DNA from: Macrostomum hystrix
Taxonomy: Eukaryota > Animalia > Platyhelminthes
Direction: 5' to 3'
Length of the DNA: 64,000 nt
Assembly (NCBI GenBank): GCA_950097015.1
Contig: CATNEN010000019.1
Coordinates: 1 to 64,000, forward strand
This document shows positions 34,864 to 49,800 of this stretch, piece after piece. Under the pieces are notes generated by a model that saw only the letters and a list, made by a program, of their open reading frames with translations, ran no database searches and was not told where the DNA came from. Position 1 is the first letter of the stretch. The number at the start of each line of letters is the position of its first letter. The translations under genes were made by a program, and so were the position numbers.

Positions 34864-37800
34864 TTTTCATGAATCGTAGTTTGCTGCTTTATTAGCACTT
34901 GATACAGGCTTTCACAGGTCTAGCTTCTTGCTTGACAATGAAGAGTTTTAAGAACAATTAAAGCACATTTACGCGCTCAAGAACAGCTTGGCGCGTGCTG
35001 CTTGCAAGGAGTGCGTTTCGCTGCTAATTCAGCACAGAGTATTGGCGCTGATGGCAATTTGCTGGATTGAAAAATGTGTTTAACATTACCAGCACTCACA
35101 GTGTGCAGGAAGATGGCAATGCAGGGCCGACATCGAGCTTGCGCTACACATAAGTTCCAGCTAGCTTTTCTCATGAATCGTAGTTTGCTGCTTTATTAGC
35201 ACTTAATACAGGCTTTCACAGGTCTAGCTTCTTGCTTGACAATGAAGAGTTTTAAGAACAATTAAAGCACATTTTACGCGCTCAAGAACAGCTTGGCGCG
35301 TGCTGCTTGCAAGGAGTGCGTTTCGCTGCTAATTCAGCACAGAGTATTGGCGCTGATGGCAATTTGCTGGATTGAAAAATGTGTTTAACATTACCAGCAC
35401 TCACAGTGTGCAGGAAGATGGCAATGCAGGGCCGACATCGAGCTTGCGCTACACATAAGTTCCAGCTAGCTTTTCTCATGAATCGTAGTTTGCTGCTTTA
35501 TTAGCACTTAATACAGGCTTTCACAGGTCTAGCTTCTTGCTTGACAATGAAGAGTTTTAAGAACAATTAAAGCACATTTTACGCGCGCTCTTGGCGCGTG
35601 CTGCTTGCAAGGAGTGCGTTTCGCTGCTAATTCAGCACAGAGTATTGGCGCTGATGGCAATTTGCTGGATTGAAAAATGTGTTTAACATTACCAGCACTC
35701 ACAGTGTGCAGGAAGATGGCAATGCAGGGCCGACATCGAGCTTGCGCTACACATAAGTTCCAGCTAGCTTTTCTCATGAATCGTAGTTTGCTGCTTTATT
35801 AGCACTTGAATACAGGCTTTCACAGGTCTAGCTTCTTGCTTGACAATGAAGAGTTTTAAGAACAATTAAAGCACATTTTACGCGCTCAAGAACAGCTTGG
35901 CGCGTGCTGCTTGCAAGGAGTGCGTTTCGCTGCTAATTCAGCACAGAGTATTGGCGCTGATGGCAATTTGCTGGATTGAAAAATGTGTTTAACATTACCA
36001 GCACTCACAGTGTGCAGGAAGATGGCAATGCAGGGCCGACATCGAGCTTGCGCTACACATAAGTTCCAGCTAGCTTTTCTCATGAATCGTAGTTTGCTGC
36101 TTTATTAGCACTTGATACAGGCTTTCACAGGTCTAGCTTCTTGCTTGACAATGAAGAGTTTTAAGAACAATTAAAGCACATTTTACGCGCTCAAGAACAG
36201 CTTGGCGCGTGCTGCTTGCAAGGAGTGCGTTTCGCTGCTAATTCAGCACAGAGTATTGGCGCTGATGGCAATTTGCTGGATTGAAAAATGTGTTTAACAT
36301 TACCAGCACTCACAGTGTGCAGGAAGATGGCAATGCAGGGCCGACATCGAGCTTGCGCTACACATAAGTTCCAGCTAGCTTTTCTCATGAATCGTAGTTT
36401 GCTGCTTTATTAGCACTTATACAGGCTTTCACAGGTCTAGCTTCTTGCTTGACAATGAAGAGTTTTAAGAACAATTAAAGCACATTTTACGCGCTCAAGA
36501 ACAGCTTGGCGCGTGCTGCTTGCAAGGAGTGCGTTTCGCTGCTAATTCAGCACAGAGTATTGGCGCTGATGGCAATTTGCTGGATTGAAAAATGTGTTTA
36601 ACATTACCAGCACTCACAGTGTGCAGGAAGATGGCAATGCAGGGCCGACATCGAGCTTGCGCTACACATAAGTTCCAGCTAGCTTTTCTCATGAATCGTA
36701 GTTTGCTGCTTTATTAGCACTTAATACAGGCTTTCACAGGTCTAGCTTCTTGCTTGACAATGAAGAGTTTTAAGAACAATTAAAGCACATTTTACGCGCT
36801 CAAGAACAGCTTGGCGCGTGCTGCTTGCAAGGAGTGCGTTTCGCTGCTAATTCAGCACAGAGTATTGGCGCTGATGGCAATTTGCTGGATTGAAAAATGT
36901 GTTTAACATTACCAGCACTCACAGTGTGCAGGAAGATGGCAATGCAGGGCCGACATCGAGCTTGCGCTACACATAAGTTCCAGCTAGCTTTTCTCATGAA
37001 TCGTAGTTTGCTGCTTTATTAGCACTTGATACAGGCTTTCACAGGTCTAGCTTCTTGCTTGACAATGAAGAGTTTTAAGAACAATTAAAGCACATTTTAC
37101 GCGCGCAGCTTGGCGCGTGCTGCTTGCAAGGAGTGCGTTTCGCTGCTAATTCAGCACAGAGTATTGGCGCTGATGGCAATTTGCTGGATTGAAAAATGTG
37201 TTTAACATTACCAGCACTCACAGTGTGCAGGAAGATGGCAATGCAGGGCCGACATCGAGCTTGCGCTACACATAAGTTCCAGCTAGCTTTTCTCATGAAT
37301 CGTAGTTTGCTGCTTTATTAGCACTTGATACAGGCTTTCACAGGTCTAGCTTCTTGCTTGACAATGAAGAGTTTTAAGAACAATTAAAGCACATTTTACG
37401 CGCTCAAGAACAGCTTGGCGCGTGCTGCTTGCAAGGAGTGCGTTTCGCTGCTAATTCAGCACAGAGTATTGGCGCTGATGGCAATTTGCTGGATTGAAAA
37501 ATGTGTTTAACATTACCAGCACTCACAGTGTGCAGGAAGATGGCAATGCAGGGCCGACATCGAGCTTGCGCTACACATAAGTTCCAGCTAGCTTTTCTCA
37601 TGAATCGTAGTTTGCTGCTTTATTAGCACTTGATACAGGCTTTCACAGGTCTAGCTTCTTGCTTGACAATGAAGAGTTTTAAGAACAATTAAAGCACATT
37701 TACCGCGCTCTTGGCGCGTGCTGCTTGCAAGGAGTGCGTTTCGCTGCTAATTCAGCACAGAGTATTGGCGCTGATGGCAATTTGCTGGATTGAAAAATGT

Positions 37801-40800
37801 GTTTAACATTACCAGCACTCACAGTGTGCAGGAAGATGGCAATGCAGGGCGGACATCGAGCTTGCGCTATACATAAGTTCCAGCTAGCTTTTCTCATGAA
37901 TCGTAGTTTGCTGCTTTATTAGCACTTGATACAGGCTTTCACAGGTCTAGCTTCTTGCTTGACAATGAAGAGTTTTAAGAACAATTAAAGCACATTTTAC
38001 GCGCTCAAGAACAGCTTGGCGCGTGCTGCTTGCAAGGAGTGCGTTTCGCTGCTAATTCAGCACAGAGTATTGGCGCTGATGGCAATTTGCTGGATTGAAA
38101 AATGTGTTTAACATTACCAGCACTCACAGTGTGCAGGAAGATGGCAATGCAGGGCCGACATCGAGCTTGCGCTACACATAAGTTCCAGCTAGCTTTTCTC
38201 ATGAATCGTAGTTTGCTGCTTTATTAGCACTTAATACAGGCTTTCACAGGTCTAGCTTCTTGCTTGACAATGAAGAGTTTTAAGAACAATTAAAGCACAT
38301 TTTACGCGCTCAAGAACAGCTTGGCGCGTGCTGCTTGCAAGGAGTGCGTTTCGCTGCTAATTCAGCACAGAGTATTGGCGCTGATGGCAATTTGCTGGAT
38401 TGAAAAATGTGTTTAACATTACCAGCACTCACAGTGTGCAGGAAGATGGCAATGCAGGGCCGACATCGAGCTTGCGCTACACATAAGTTCCAGCTAGCTT
38501 TTCTCATGAATCGTAGTTTGCTGCTTTATTAGCACTTGATACAGGCTTTCACAGGTCTAGCTTCTTGCTTGACAATGAAGAGTTTTAAGAACAATTAAAG
38601 CACATTTTACGCGCTCAGCTTGGCGCGTGCTGCTTGCAAGGAGTGCGTTTCGCTGCTAATTCAGCACAGAGTATTGGCGCTGATGGCAATTTGCTGGATT
38701 GAAAAATGTGTTTAACATTACCAGCACTCACAGTGTGCAGGAAGATGGCAATGCAGGGCCGACATCGAGCTTGCGCTACACATAAGTTCCAGCTAGCTTT
38801 TCTCATGAATCGTAGTTTGCTGCTTTATTAGCACTTGATACAGGCTTTCACAGGTCTAGCTTCTTGCTTGACAATGAAGAGTTTTAAGAACAATTAAAGC
38901 ACATTTTACGCGCTCAAGAACAGCTTGGCGCGTGCTGCTTGCAAGGAGTGCGTTTCGCTGCTAATTCAGCACAGAGTATTGGCGCTGATGGCAATTTGCT
39001 GGATTGAAAAATGTGTTTAACATTACCAGCACTCACAGTGTGCAGGAAGATGGCAATGCAGGGCCGACATCGAGCTTGCGCTACACATAAGTTCCAGCTA
39101 GCTTTTCTCATGAATCGTAGTTTGCTGCTTTATTAGCACTTGATACAGGCTTTCACAGGTCTAGCTTCTTGCTTGACAATGAAGAGTTTTAAGAACAATT
39201 AAAGCACATTTTACGCGCTCAAGAACAGCTTGGCGCGTGCTGCTTGCAAGGAGTGCGTTTCGCTGCTAATTCAGCACAGAGTATTGGCGCTGATGGCAAT
39301 TTGCTGGATTGAAAAATGTGTTTAACATTACCAGCACTCACAGTGTGCAGGAAGATGGCAATGCAGGGCCGACATCGAGCTTGCGCTACACATAAGTTCC
39401 AGCTAGCTTTTCTCATGAATCGTAGTTTGCTGCTTTATTAGCACTTAATACAGGCTTTCACAGGTCTAGCTTCTTGCTTGACAATGAAGAGTTTTAAGAA
39501 CAATTAAAGCACATTTTACGCGCTCAAGAACAGCTTGGCGCGTGCTGCTTGCAAGGAGTGCGTTTCGCTGCTAATTCAGCACAGAGTATTGGCGCTGATG
39601 GCAATTTGCTGGATTGAAAAATGTGTTTAACATTACCAGCACTCACAGTGTGCAGGAAGATGGCAATGCAGGGCTGACATCGAGCTTGCGCTACACATAA
39701 GTTCCAGCTAGCTTTTCTCATGAATCGTAGTTTGCTGCTTTATTAGCACTTGATACAGGCTTTCACAGGTCTAGCTTCTTGCTTGACAATGAAGAGTTTT
39801 AAGAACAATTAAAGCACATTTACCGCGCTCTTGGCGCGTGCTGCTTGCAAGGAGTGCGTTTCGCTGCTAATTCAGCACAGAGTATTGGCGCTGATGGCAA
39901 TTTGCTGGATTGAAAAATGTGTTTAACATTACCAGCACTCACAGTGTGCAGGAAGATGGCAATGCAGGGCTGACATCGAGCTTGCGCTACACATAAGTTC
40001 CAGCTAGCTTTTCTCATGAATCGTAGTTTGCTGCTTTATTAGCACTTGATATTGGCTTTCACAGGTCTAGCTTCTTGCTTGACAATGAAGAGTTTTAAGA
40101 ACAATTAAAGCACCTTTTACGCGCTGAAGAACAGCTTGGCGCGTGCTGCTTGCAAGGAGTGCGTTTCGCTACTAATTCAGCACAGAGTATTGGCGCTGAT
40201 GGCAATTTGCTGGATTGAAAAATGTGTTTAACATTACCAGCACTCACAGTGTGCAGGAAGATGGCAATGCAGGGCTGACATCGAGCTTGCGCTACACATA
40301 AGTTCCAGCTAGCTTTTCTCATGAATCGTAGTTTGCTGCTTTATTAGCACTTAATACAGGCTTTCACAGGTCTAGCTTCTTGCTTGACAATGAAGAGTTT
40401 TAAGAACAATTAAAGCACATTTTACGCGCTCAAGAACAGCTTGGCGCGTGCTGCTTGCAAGGAGTGCGTTTCGCTGCTAATTCAGCACAGAGTATTGGCG
40501 CTGATGGCAATTTGCTGGATTGAAAAATGTGTTTAACATTACCAGCACTCACAGTGTGCAGGAAGATGGCAATGCAGGGCCGACATCGAGCTTGCGCTAC
40601 ACATAAGTTCCAGCTAGCTTTTCTCATGAATCGTAGTTTGCTGCTTTATTAGCACTTGATACAGGCTTTCACAGGTCTAGCTTCTTGCTTGACAATGAAG
40701 AGTTTTAAGAACAATTAAAGCACATTTTACGCGCTCAAGAACAGCTTGGCGCGTGCTGCTTGCAAGGAGTGCGTTTCGCTGCTAATTCAGCACAGAGTAT

Positions 40801-43800
40801 TGGCGCTGATGGCAATTTGCTGGATTGAAAAATGTGTTTAACATTACCAGCACTCACAGTGTGCAGGAAGATGGCAATGCAGGGCTGACATCGAGCTTGC
40901 GCTACACATAAGTTCCAGCTAGCTTTTCTCATGAATCGTAGTTTGCTGCTTTATTAGCACTTAATACAGGCTTTCACAGGTCTAGCTTCTTGCTTGACAA
41001 TGAAGAGTTTTAAGAACAATTAAAGCACATTTTACGCGCTCAAGAACAGCTTGGCGCGTGCTGCTTGCAAGGAGTGCGTTTCGCTGCTAATTCAGCACAG
41101 AGTATTGGCGCTGATGGCAATTTGCTGGATTGAAAAATGTGTTTAACATTACCAGCACTCACAGTGTGCAGGAAGATGGCAATGCAGGGCTGACATCGAG
41201 CTTGCGCTACACATAAGTTCCAGCTAGCTTTTCTCATGAATCGTAGTTTGCTGCTTTATTAGCACTTGATATTGGCTTTCACAGGTCTAGCTTCTTGCTT
41301 GACATAAAGAGTTTTAAGAACAATAAAGCACATTGACCGCGGCTCTGTGGCAAGTGCTGCTTGCAAGGAGTGCGTTTCGCTGCTAATTCAACACGAGTAT
41401 TGGCGCTGATGGCAATTTGCTGGATTGAAAATGTGTTTAACAGTACCAGCACTCCAGTGTGCAGGAAGATGGCAATGCAGGGCCGACATCGACATCGAGC
41501 TTGCGCTATATTAAGTTCCAGCTAGCTTTTTCTCATGAATCGTAGTATGTTGCTAAAAAGCACTTAAACAGGCTTTCACAGGTCTAGCTTCTTGCTTGAC
41601 AATGAAGAGTTTTAAGAACAATTAAAGCACATTTACGCGCTCAGAACAGCTTGGCGCGTGCTGCTAAGCAAGGAGTGCGTTTCGCTGCTATTCAGCACAG
41701 AGTATTGGCGCTGATGGCAATTTGCTGGATTGAAAAATGTGTTTAACATTACCAGCACTCACAGTGTGCAGGAAGATGGCATTGCAGGGCGACATCCAGC
41801 TTGCGCTACACATAAGTTCCAGCTAGCTTTTCTCATGAATCGTAGTTTGCTGCTTATTAGCACTTGATACAGGCTTTCACAGGTCTAGCTTCTTGCTTGA
41901 CATGAAGAGTTTTAAGAACAATTAAAGCACTTGACCGCGCTCTTGGCAAGTGCTGCTTGCAAGGAGTGCGTTTCGCTAGCTCTAATTCAACCCAGAGTAT
42001 GGCGCTGATGCAATTTGCTGGATTGAAAATGTGTTTAACATTACCAGCACTCACAGTGTGCAGGAAGATGGCAATGCAGGGAAAACATCGAAGTGTGCGC
42101 TGCATATAAGTTCCAGCTAGCTTTTCTCATGAATCGTAGTTTGCTGCTTTATTGAGCACTTGATATAGGCTTTCACAGGTCTAGCTTTCTTGCTGACAAT
42201 GAAGAGTTTAAGAACAATTAAAGCACTTTTACGCGCTTAAGAACAGCTTGGCGCGTGCTGCTTGCAAGGAGTGCGTTTCGCTACTAATTCAGCACAGAGC
42301 ATTGGCGCTGATGGCAATTTGCTGGATTGAAAAATGTGTTTAAACATTACCAGCACTCACAGTGTGGCAGGAAGATGGCAATGAGGGCCGACATCAAGCT
42401 TGCGCTTCACATAAGTTCCAGCTAGCTTTTCTCATGAATCGTAGTTTGCTGCTTAATTAGCACTTAATACAGGCTTTCACAGGTCTAGCTTTTTGCTTGA
42501 CAATGAAGAGTTTTTAAGAACAATTAAAGCACATTTTACGCGTTCAAGAACAGCTTGGCGCTTGCTGCTTGCAAGGAGTTGCGTTTCGCTGCTAATTCAG
42601 CACAGAGTATTGGCGATGATGGCAATTTGCTGGATTGAAAAATGTGTTTAACTTACCAGCACTCACAGTGGGCAGGAAGATGGCAATGCAGGGCCGACAT
42701 CGAGCTTGCGCTACACATAAGTTCCAGCTAGCTTTTCTCATGAATCGTAGTTTGCTGCTTTATTAGCACTTGATACAGGCTTTCACAGGTCTAGCTTCTT
42801 GCTTGACAATGAGAAGTTTTAAGAACAATTAAAGCACATTGACCGCGCTCTTGGCGCTGTGCTGCTTGCAAGGAGTGCGTTTCGCTGCTATTCAGCACAG
42901 AGTATTGGCGCTGATGGCAATTTTGCTGGATTGAAAAATGTGTTTACATTACCAGCACTCACAGTGTGCAGTAAGATGGCATGGCAATGCAGGGCCGACA
43001 TCGAGCTTGCGCTATATATAAGTTCCAGCTAGCTTTTCTCATGAATCGTAGTATGTTGCTAAAAAAGCACTTAAAACAGGCTTTCACAGGTCTAGCTTCT
43101 TGCTTGACAATGAGAGTTTTAAGAACAATTAAAGCACATTTACGCGCTCAAGAACAGCTTGGCGCGTGCTGCTAAGCAAGGAGTGCGTTTCGCTGCTAAT
43201 TCAGCACAGAGTATTGGCGCTGATGGCAATTTGCTGGATTGAAAAATGTGTTTAACATTACTAGCACTCAACAGTGTGCAGTAAGATGGCAATGCAGGAA
43301 AAACCATCGAAGTGTGCGCTGTATATAAGTTCCAGCTAGCTTTTCTCATGAATCGTAGTTTTGCTGCTTTATTAGCACTTGATATAGGCTTTCACAGGTC
43401 TAGCTTCTTGCTTGACAATAAGAGTTTTTAAGAACAATTAAGCACATTGACCGCGCTCTGGCAAGTGCTGCTTGCAAGGCGTTTCGCTGCTAATTCAACA
43501 CAGAGTATTGGCGCTGATGGCAATTTGCTGGATTGAAAATGTGTTTAACATTACCAGCACTCACAGTGTGCAGGAAGATGGCAATGCAGGGCCGACATCG
43601 AGCTTGCGCTATATATAAGTTCCAGCTAGCTTTCTCATGAATCGTAGTATGTTGCTAAAAAGCACTTAAAACAGGCTTCACAGGTCTAGCTTCTTGCTTG
43701 ACAATGAAGAGTTTTAAGAACAATTAAAGCACATTTTACGCGCTCAAGAACAGCTTGGCGCGTGCTGCTAAGCAAGGAGTGCGTTTCGCTGCTAATTCAG

Positions 43801-46800
43801 CACAGAGTATTGGCGCTGATGGCAATTTGCTGGATTGAAAAATGTGTTTAACATTACCAGCACTCACAGTGCAGTAAGATGGCAATGCAGGGCCGACATC
43901 GAGCTTGCGCTACACATAAGTTCCAGCTAGCTTTTCTCATGAATCGTAGTTTGCTGCTTAATTAGCACTTAATACAGGACAGGCTTTCACAGGTCTAGCT
44001 TCTTGCTTGACAATGAAGAGTTTAAGAACAATTAAAGCACATTGACCGCGCTCTTGGCAAGTGCTGCTTGCAAGGAGTGCGTTTCGCTGCTTATTCAACA
44101 CAGAGTATTGGCGCTGATGGCAATTTGCTGGATTGAAAAATGTGTTTAACATTACCAGCACTCACAGTGTGCAGTAAGATGGCAATTGCAGGAAAAAACA
44201 TCGAAGTGTGCGCTGTATATAAGTTCCAGCTAGCTTTTCTCATGAATCGTAGTTTTGCTGCTTTATTAGCACTTGATATAGGCTTTCACAGGTCTAGCTT
44301 CTTGCTTGACAATGAAGAGTTTTAAGAACAATTAAAGCACATTTTACGCGCTCAAGAACAGCTTGGCGCGTGCTGCTTGCAAGGAGTGCGTTTCGCTGCT
44401 AATTCAGCACAGAGTATTGGCGCTGATGGCAATTTGCTGGATTGAAAAATGTGTTTAACATTACCAGCACTCACAGTGCAGGAAGATGGCAATGCAGGGC
44501 GGACATCGAGCTTGCGCTACACATAAGTTCCAGCTAGCTTTTCTCATGAATCGTAGTTTGCTGATTTATTAGCACTTGATATAGGCCTTTCACAGGTCTA
44601 GCTTCTTGCTTGAAAATAAAGAGTTTTAAGAACAATTAAAGCACATTTTACGTGCTCAAGAACAGCTTGGCGCGTGCTGCTTGCAAGGAGTGCGTTTCGC
44701 TGCTAATTCAGCACAGAGTATTGGCGCTGATGGCAATTTGCTGGATTGAAAAATGTGTTTAACATTACCAGCACTCACAGTGTGCAGGAAGATGGCAATG
44801 CAGGGCCGACATCGAGCTTGCGCTATATATAAGTTCCAGCTAGCTTTTCTCATGAATCGTAGTATGTTGCTAAAAAAGCACTTAAAACAGGCTTTCACAA
44901 GTCTAGCTTCTTGCTTGACAATGAAGAGTTTTAAGAACAATTAAAGCACATTGACCGCGCTCAAGAACAGCTTGGCGCTAAGCAAGGAGTGCGTTTCGCT
45001 GCTAATTCAGCACAGAGTATTGGCGCTGATGGCAATTTGCTGGATTGAAAAATGTGTTTAACATTACCAGCACTCACAGTGTGCAGTAAGATGGCAATGC
45101 AGGGCCGACATCGAGCTTGCGCTACACATAAGTTCCAGCTAGCTTTTCTCATGAATCGTAGTTTGCTGCTTACGAGTAATTAGCACTTAATACAGGCTTC
45201 ACAGGTCTAGCTTCTTGCTTGACAATGAAGAGTTTTAAGAACAATTAAAGCACATTTTACGCGCTCAAGAACAGCTTGGCGCGTGCTGCTTGCAAGGAGT
45301 GCGTTACGCTGCTAATTCAGCACAGAGTATTGGCGCTGATGGCAATTTGCTGGATTGAAAAATGTGTTTAACATTACCAGCACTCACAGTGTGCAGGAAG
45401 ATGGCATTGCAGGGCCGACAATCCAGCTTGCGCTACACATAAGTTCCAGCTAGCTTTTCTCATGAATCGTAGTTTGCTGCTTTATTAGCACTTGATACAG
45501 GCTTTCACAGGTCTAGCTTCTTGCTTGACAATGAAGAGTTTTAAGAACAATTAAAGCACATTGACCGCGCTCTTGGCAAGTGCTGCTTGCAAGGAGTGCG
45601 TTTCGCTGCTAATTCAACACAGAGTATTGGCGCTGATGGCAATTTGCTGGATTGAAAAATGTGTTTAACATTACCAGCACTCACAGTGTGCAGGAAGATG
45701 GCAATGCAGGGAAAACATCGAAGTGTGCGCTGCATATAAGTTCCAGCTAGCTTTTCTCATGAATCGTAGTTTGCTGCTTTATTAGCACTTGATATAGGCT
45801 TTCACAGGTCTAGCTTCTTGCTTGACAATGAAGAGTTTTAAGAACAATTAAAGCACCTTTTACGCGCTTAAGAACAGCTTGGCGCGTGCTGCTTGCAAGG
45901 AGTGCGTTTCGCTACTAATTCAGCACAGAGCATTGGCGCTGATGGCAATTTGCTGGATTGAAAAATGTGTTTAACATTACCAGCACTCACAGTGTGCAGG
46001 AAGATGGCAATGAAGGGCCGACATCAAGCTTGCGCTTCACATAAGTTCCAGCTAGCTTTTCTCATGAATCGTAGTTTGCTGCTTAATTAGCACTTAATAC
46101 AGGCTTTCACAGGTCTAGCTTTTTGCTTGACAATGAAGAGTTTTAAGAACAATTAAAGCACATTTTACGCGTTCAAGAACAGCTTGGCGCGTGCTGCTTG
46201 CAAGGAGTGCGTTTCGCTGCTAATTCAGCACAGAGTATTGGCGATGATGGCAATTTGCTGGATTGAAAAATGTGTTTAACATTACCAGCACTCACAGTGT
46301 GCAGGAAGATGGCAATGCAGGGCGGACATCGAGCTTGCGCTACACATAAGTTCCAGCTAGCTTTTCTCATGAATCGTAGTTTGCTGATTTATTAGCACTT
46401 GATATAGGCTTTCACAGGTCTAGCTTCTTGCTTGACAATAAAGAGTTTTAAGAACAATTAAAGCACATTTTACGTGCTCAAGAACAGCTTGGCGCGTGCT
46501 GCTTGCAAGGAGTGCGTTTCGCTGCTAATTCAGCACAGAGTATTGGCGCTGATGGCAATTTGCTGGATTGAAAAATGTGTTTAACATTACCAGCACTCAC
46601 AGTGTGCAGGAAGATGGCAATGCAGGGCCGACATCGAGCTTGCGCTATATATAAGTTCCAGCTAGCTTTTCTCATGAATCGTAGTATGTTGCTAAAAAAG
46701 CACTTAAAACAGGCTTTCACAAGTCTAGCTTCTTGCTTGACAATGAAGAGTTTTAAGAACAATTAAAGCACATTGACCGCGCTCAAGAACAGCTTGGCGC

Positions 46801-49800
46801 GTGCTGCTAAGCAAGGAGTGCGTTTCGCTGCTAATTCAGCACAGAGTATTGGCGCTGATGGCAATTTGCTGGATTGAAAAATGTGTTTAACATTACCAGC
46901 ACTCACAGTGTGCAGTAAGATGGCAATGCAGGGCCGACATCGAGCTTGCGCTACACATAAGTTCCAGCTAGCTTTTCTCATGAATCGTAGTTTGCTGCTT
47001 ACGAGTAATTAGCACTTAATACAGGCTTTCACAGGTCTAGCTTCTTGCTTGACAATGAAGAGTTTTAAGAACAATTAAAGCACATTTTACGCGCTCAAGA
47101 ACAGCTTGGCGCGTGCTGCTTGCAAGGAGTGCGTTACGCTGCTAATTCAGCACAGAGTATTGGCGCTGATGGCAATTTGCTGGATTGAAAAATGTGTTTA
47201 ACATTACCAGCACTCACAGTGTGCAGGAAGATGGCATTGCAGGGCCGACATCCAGCTTGCGCTACACATAAGTTCCAGCTAGCTTTTCTCATGAATCGTA
47301 GTTTGCTGCTTTATTAGCACTTGATACAGGCTTTCACAGGTCTAGCTTCTTGCTTGACAATGAAGAGTTTTAAGAACAATTAAAGCACATTGACCGCGCT
47401 CTTGGCAAGTGCTGCTTGCAAGGAGTGCGTTTCGCTGCTAATTCAACACAGAGTATTGGCGCTGATGGCAATTTGCTGGATTGAAAAATGTGTTTAACAT
47501 TACCAGCACTCACAGTGTGCAGGAAGATGGCAATGCAGGGAAAACATCGAAGTGTGCGCTGCATATAAGTTCCAGCTAGCTTTTCTCATGAATCGTAGTT
47601 TGCTGCTTTATTAGCACTTGATATAGGCTTTCACAGGTCTAGCTTCTTGCTTGACAATGAAGAGTTTTAAGAACAATTAAAGCACCTTTTACGCGCTTAA
47701 GAACAGCTTGGCGCGTGCTGCTTGCAAGGAGTGCGTTTCGCTACTAATTCAGCACAGAGCATTGGCGCTGATGGCAATTTGCTGGATTGAAAAATGTGTT
47801 TAACATTACCAGCACTCACAGTGTGCAGGAAGATGGCAATGAAGGGCCGACATCAAGCTTGCGCTTCACATAAGTTCCAGCTAGCTTTTCTCATGAATCG
47901 TAGTTTGCTGCTTAATTAGCACTTAATACAGGCTTTCACAGGTCTAGCTTTTTGCTTGACAATGAAGAGTTTTAAGAACAATTAAAGCACATTTTACGCG
48001 TTCAAGAACAGCTTGGCGCGTGCTGCTTGCAAGGAGTGCGTTTCGCTGCTAATTCAGCACAGAGTATTGGCGATGATGGCAATTTGCTGGATTGAAAAAT
48101 GTGTTTAACATTACCAGCACTCACAGTGTGCAGGAAGATGGCAATGCAGGGCCGACATCGAGCTTGCGCTACACATAAGTTCCAGCTAGCTTTTCTCATG
48201 AATCGTAGTTTGCTGCTTTATTAGCACTTGATACAGGCTTTCACAGGTCTAGCTTCTTGCTTGACAATGAAGAGTTTTAAGAACAATTAAAGCACATTGA
48301 CCGCGCTCTTGGCGCGTGCTGCTTGCAAGGAGTGCGTTTCGCTGCTAATTCAGCACAGAGTATTGGCGCTGATGGCAATTTGCTGGATTGAAAAATGTGT
48401 TTAACATTACCAGCACTCACAGTGTGCAGGAAGATGGCAATGCAGGGCCGACATCGAGCTTGCGCTATATATAAGTTCCAGCTAGCTTTTCTCATGAATC
48501 GTAGTATGTTGCTAAAAAAGCACTTAAAACAGGCTTTCACAGGTCTAGCTTCTTGCTTGACAATGAAGAGTTTTAAGAACAATTAAAGCACATTTTACGC
48601 GCTCAAGAACAGCTTGGCGCGTGCTGCTAAGCAAGGAGTGCGTTTCGCTGCTAATTCAGCACAGAGTATTGGCGCTGATGGCAATTTGCTGGATTGAAAA
48701 ATGTGTTTAACATTACCAGCACTCACAGTGTGCAGTAAGATGGCAATGCAGGGCCGACATCGAGCTTGCGCTACACATAAGTTCCAGCTAGCTTTTCTCA
48801 TGAATCGTAGTTTGCTGCTTACGAGTAATTAGCACTTAATACAGGCTTTCACAGGTCTAGCTTCTTGCTTGACAATGAAGAGTTTTAAGAACAATTAAAG
48901 CACATTGACCGCGCTCTTGGCAAGTGCTGCTTGCAAGGAGTGCGTTTCGCTGCTTATTCAACACAGAGTATTGGCGCTGATGGCAATTTGCTGGATTGAA
49001 AAATGTGTTTAACATTACTAGCACTCACAGTGTGCAGTAAGATGGCAATGCAGGAAAAACATCGAAGTGTGCGCTGTATATAAGTTCCAGCTAGCTTTTC
49101 TCATGAATCGTAGTTTGCTGCTTTATTAGCACTTGATATAGGCTTTCACAGGTCTAGCTTCTTGCTTGACAATGAAGAGTTTTAAGAACAATTAAAGCAC
49201 ATTTTACGCGCTCAAGAACAGCTTGGCGCGTGCTGCTTGCAAGGAGTGCGTTTCGCTGCTAATTCAGCACAGAGTATTGGCGCTGAGGGCAATTTGCTGG
49301 ATTGAAAAATGTGTTTAACATTACCAGCACTCACAGTGTGCAGGAAGATGGCAATGCAGGGCGGACATCGAGCTTGCGCTACACATAAGTTCCCAGCTAG
49401 CTTTTCTCATGAATCGTAGTTTGCTGATTTATTAGCACTTGATATAGGCTTTCACAGGTCTAGCTTCTTGCTTGACAATAAAGAGTTTTAAGAACAATTA
49501 AAGCACATTTTACGCGCTCAAGAACAGCTTGGCGCGTGCTGCTTGCAAGGAGTGCGTTTCGCTGCTAATTCAGCACAGAGTATTGGCGCTGATGGCAATT
49601 TGCTGGATTGAAAAATGTGTTTAACATTACCAGCACTCACAGTGTGCAGTAAGATGGCAATGCAGGGCCGACATCGAGCTTGCGCTATATATAAGTTCCA
49701 GCTAGCTTTTCTCATGAATCGTAGTATGTTGCTAAAAAAGCACTTAAAACAGGCTTTCACAGGTCTAGCTTCTTGCTTGACAATGAAGAGTTTTAAGAAC

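Noticed and set aside
34864-35170. The 305-bp monomer as a tandem RNA gene (5S, spliced leader, U snRNA, tRNA)
   Set aside because: I recognise no 5S, tRNA or snRNA sequence, A/B boxes or convincing Sm site. An Rfam/Infernal search would be decisive.
34894-35199. Monomer built from five 61-bp subrepeats
   Set aside because: Only one pair (cagcac...gatggcaat, ~60-62 nt apart) is similar; other agcac spacings (68, 69, 108) do not fit.
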